Origin: Ascidiella aspersa
Lineage: Eukaryota
DNA length: 64,000 bases
Assembly (NCBI GenBank): GCA_963924565.1
Contig: OZ004607.1
Span: 23,126,001 to 23,190,000, forward strand
Reading direction: 5' to 3'
The notes beneath the pieces are model-generated. The model was given only the letters and a program-made list of their open reading frames with translations, was not told the origin of the DNA and did no database searches. The position numbers were made by a program, and so were the translations under genes. Below are positions 60,586 through 64,000 of this stretch, piece by piece (the stretch's first letter is position 1; every line of letters begins with the position of its first letter).

Positions 60586-62551
60586 AAAAAATGCTGCCAT
60601 AAAGTTTTGGAAGAGATTTTGCCAAACCTTATATGTGAAAAGTAACCAGAAGTTCAAAATACGACCCTTGTTGATATGTAGTGTTGTAATAACTTACTTG
60701 AACTAATAAAATACTTGAATTGACTTAAGTCAATGTTTTCAATAAATGCCTTGACTTGGACAGCGAAGCTGTAAAGCAATCACTATGGCAACATGCGAAA
60801 CAAGTCGATCGCTAAGTATTGAATTTTTATATACTTGCAAAGGGGACTAAAGAGAAAAATGGCATTTATACCAAAAATATTTAAATAAGTCCCTTTGTTT
60901 AAACGCAAAGGGTTCTCTAAAACCTTAGCTTTTTAACCTGGGGGTCGCGACCCCCGGGTGGGTGGTTTTCCCTTTCTCTGGGGGTCGCGAAGGCGACAAT
61001 TAAATACCAATCACTATTACGAGAATCCTAATTAATTACAATAAAAAATTAAATGTAATTATATTAGTGAATGTTGTTGACAGTGAATGTTCAAACAGTG
61101 AGCAGCCAGGAAGCAAGTTGCGAGATATACTATTATTTTAACAGTGGTAGGCTTACTATTGAGTTCCCGGTATCAATCATAGGTAGCCTGCCTACGGCAG
61201 TCCTTTTCAACCTTTTTTTGGAACAGTTCACAATTTTACGTTTACTGAAAAATTTATACACACCAGTCGCAATTTGTCAAACAACTAAGTGAAAACTCCA
61301 ACCTGTAATTCAAGTTGCTTATTTATATTGCACTATGTTAATCCTCAGACTCAATAAATACGAAATCACAAGCTAAAAAATTGTTTACTATACTGCAAAA
61401 AAATTAACCGTTGTGACAAAGAACTAATTATTACACCACAATAACGATTGATATCACAAGAAATATTTGAGTATGATGTCACAAATAAAATATAGTGTCT
61501 TACAAGCAATTAATGCACACATATAGATGTTTGTACACTCCAGACAGTCTGGTGACCTGGCCATAAACCTGGTTATTTATTGCTCTGATACTGGATCATA
61601 GGCTTATTGTATTGCGTTATCTTGTAAACCCCAGTACACCCCTTCGCGCCCTTTAAAAATCCTACACCCTTCAAAATCCTGGTACACCCTGGGGTGTACA
61701 ATACACCCTGTTCAAAAGCACTGGCCTACGGTAGTTAGCCTAGCGTGAGGAAATTTTAAAAACGACTGTTCGTAGCAAAGTAACATAATGAAATAAAAAT
61801 GATTTTTTTATTGCTATTTCACTTATTGCTATTATATATTTTAGATAGATGAGGTGCGAAAAACTTCATTCAACTCTCATTAAGCAACGATCATATCGGA
61901 TCGGGCCCGATATTTGATGCCCAGTGGTAGTATCGGTACTCGTCCGTTACTGGATTGGCATCGGTTGCGATCCGATACGAAATTAGTATAGGTATTTTAG
62001 CCATGATTTGTCACCCAATGCAGCAATTGCTACATTAAAAGGTGTCAAAAAATAGATGGTTAAAACAACTGAGCGTAATTCTATTTTTTAAAAATACCAA
62101 AAAAATTGACGAAATATTCTGAGAAATATATTCCTTAAACGTTTTAATTTTAATTTAAATTATTTTGTTTGTATGAGCCAAAGAGATTATAAGTTATAAT
62201 TTCTGTGTGAGCATAGTAAGGAAGTCATTGGTATCGGATCATCATACTTAAAATCACGAAGTCAACATGATTGTACGTCAGGCTGAAACACAATTATAAA
62301 TACGAAGCACAATTTTATTATAATTGTACAGAAGTTTTGTTACGTGATTTTCTATGGTGAAGAATTACTATTTTTATAAACGTTTAGTCAATAATTTATA
62401 AAACTATCTGTGGACTATATATTTCTCACCTGATCCGTTTTTTTTTTCAGTTCTAAGAAAAAAGGTTTATGACTTTTATAGACTTTGAGGTCTTAAACAA
62501 TGCACTAATTTGACTTAACAAATCTGCATAAGAAGATTAAATTTAATATCG

Positions 62552-62606
62552 CTTGACCCACCCGAACCAAAACGCTAACCAGACCCTAACCCAAACATTG
62601 TGCGTT
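62552..62606. mobile_element. Half-arm fragment of the GGCGCT MITE family
   Basis: cttgacccacccgaaccaaaacgctaaccagaccctaacccaaac matches the right internal arm; a complementary fragment lies at ~63351-63377. Confidence 0.65.
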
Positions 62607-63571
62607 GATTTTAATAATAGTTATATATAAACGATTTAGGCCCAAAAAAAATAATGTGTGACGTAACAATTTTAAATAACCTGGACGAGAAATTATCTTA
62701 TGCCCACCCGATTTCTCATATTAAAGCCGATCAAATACAATCTTCATAACGGTTGTATATAGCACAAAGTCTCTGTGAGTACCATTGTATGTTTTTCGAA
62801 GAAAAAGGGTCCTATATGTAAATTATAGTTTGTCTAACTTATAGATAAACGATAAAAGTTATCCCTTTTCCAACTATTTTATATATGATAACAGGCTAGA
62901 AACACGGAGAAACGAACCTGTTTTTAGCTAATTCAACCAAATAAACTGAACATTTTTCGCGCTACGTGCGACCAACGATACACTTTACTATTTTTTATGT
63001 TGTCTAACTAATATGTATTCAAAAATACCCGATTGGTTGTTGTAGGTGGGCGCAAAGCGCAGGACAATTACCAAAGGGGGCTCGGTTTAATAAAGGTTAA
63101 GAACACTAAGCTAGACGAAACCAGCTGCACGCAGAATCAGTATCTTGGCTGCTGTGATGGCTGGTAACAGCATCAGTCTGGGTGTGGGTTGCGTATCAGA
63201 TGACGTCTGCCACGCAGCCGCTGGTGCGATCTTGCTTGTGATCCTTTTTTGCCCTTGTTGTGAAAAATTTGTGAGCCTCATTTTGGCGCCCCTCTACCTT
63301 GGCGCCCGGGGACATATGTACCCCCCCTGCACCCCCCTAGCTACGCCTCTGGTTCGGGTGGGTCAAGTATTATTAATTGCCAGATTGGAAACTTTGGATA
63401 TTGCGCGGGGGAGATGTTTTGCAGCTGAAAAAATGCGCGGCCGAAAATAAACCGAAATGATATTAAACTTGCGTTCATAGAATACTTAAAGCACTGCGCC
63501 ATTTTTGGTGGGTGTGCGGGCGCAGTGCGCAGGTAAACATTTAAAAAGTTTGATAGTGTAGCATTTAATAT

Positions 63572-64000
63572 CAGGGAGTCGAACTGGAACCGAACCGGAA
63601 CTTTATGAACCAGTTTTGGGCCATTTTTTCGTGAACCGTAACCGAACCTGAACCGTTTAATGTAAGATTCTAAGGAGCCGAGCCGGAACTGAACCCAATA
63701 TTTTGAATAACCCTGAACCTTAACCGAACCCGAACCTGTCAACAAAAGCGGTTCACTCCAGAATGACGTCACAACCTCTATTTTACAACGTTAATCTATG
63801 CCATGTTTAAAATTTTATGAAAAATAATGAATAGTAATTACATAAAACGTTAGTTTTTTTATTTTTCAAATATTTCAATAACGAGCAGCTTTGTTTACAC
63901 CGCGTAACTCTACATTTATTGACACACGTTTTGATCTCATATTGCATCCGAACCAGAACTTTATAAACCGGTTTTGAAAAAAAATTAGTCGAACCGGAGC
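63572..64000 (+). mobile_element. hAT-like element end with multiple GAACC(G) subterminal repeats, running off the window
   Basis: Starts CAGGGAGTCGAAC, followed by many GAACCG/GAACCT/GAACCC motifs; explains the spurious ORF 63341-63772. Confidence 0.6.

Noticed and set aside
63145-63772. ORFs 63145-63450 and 63341-63772
   Set aside because: They run through MITE and hAT subterminal repeats and show no protein family signal.
1-64000. CRISPR arrays, prokaryotic operons or defence systems, rRNA, intact tRNA
   Set aside because: The sequence is spliceosomal-intron eukaryotic DNA; I saw no repeat-spacer array, rRNA or complete cloverleaf.

Overview
AT-rich, intron-containing animal genomic DNA. 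An invertebrate chordate such as an ascidian is plausible, but this is inferred from gene structure, not proven. Most ORFs in the supplied track are spurious or single exons. Reading splice sites by hand gives six protein-coding loci. (1) Musashi (msi, - strand): 10 exons recovered, 3' end unresolved. (2) A 283-aa intronless orphan ORF (-). (3) An uncharacterised ~1030-aa scaffold gene (+) with a SAM, RA, RA, coiled-coil, PDZ, coiled-coil layout. (4) A 6-exon GT7/beta-1,4-galactosyltransferase-family gene (-) with an altered donor pocket and a copy of part of its own exon 1 in intron 3. (5) A 9-exon WD40-SOCS box gene (wsb, +). (6) An intronless CDC50/TMEM30 gene (-). Mobile DNA includes a 5'-truncated Penelope-like element (GIY-YIG endonuclease) and two unrelated minimal hammerhead-ribozyme motifs (30978-31019 and 55466-55508, both - strand). 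There are also palindromic GGCGCT-ended MITEs with perfect 8-bp TSDs clustered upstream of wsb and CDC50, and several hAT-type MITEs. The best novelty candidates are the SAM-RA-RA-PDZ scaffold, the two hammerheads, the GT7 gene and a candidate poison micro-exon in msi.
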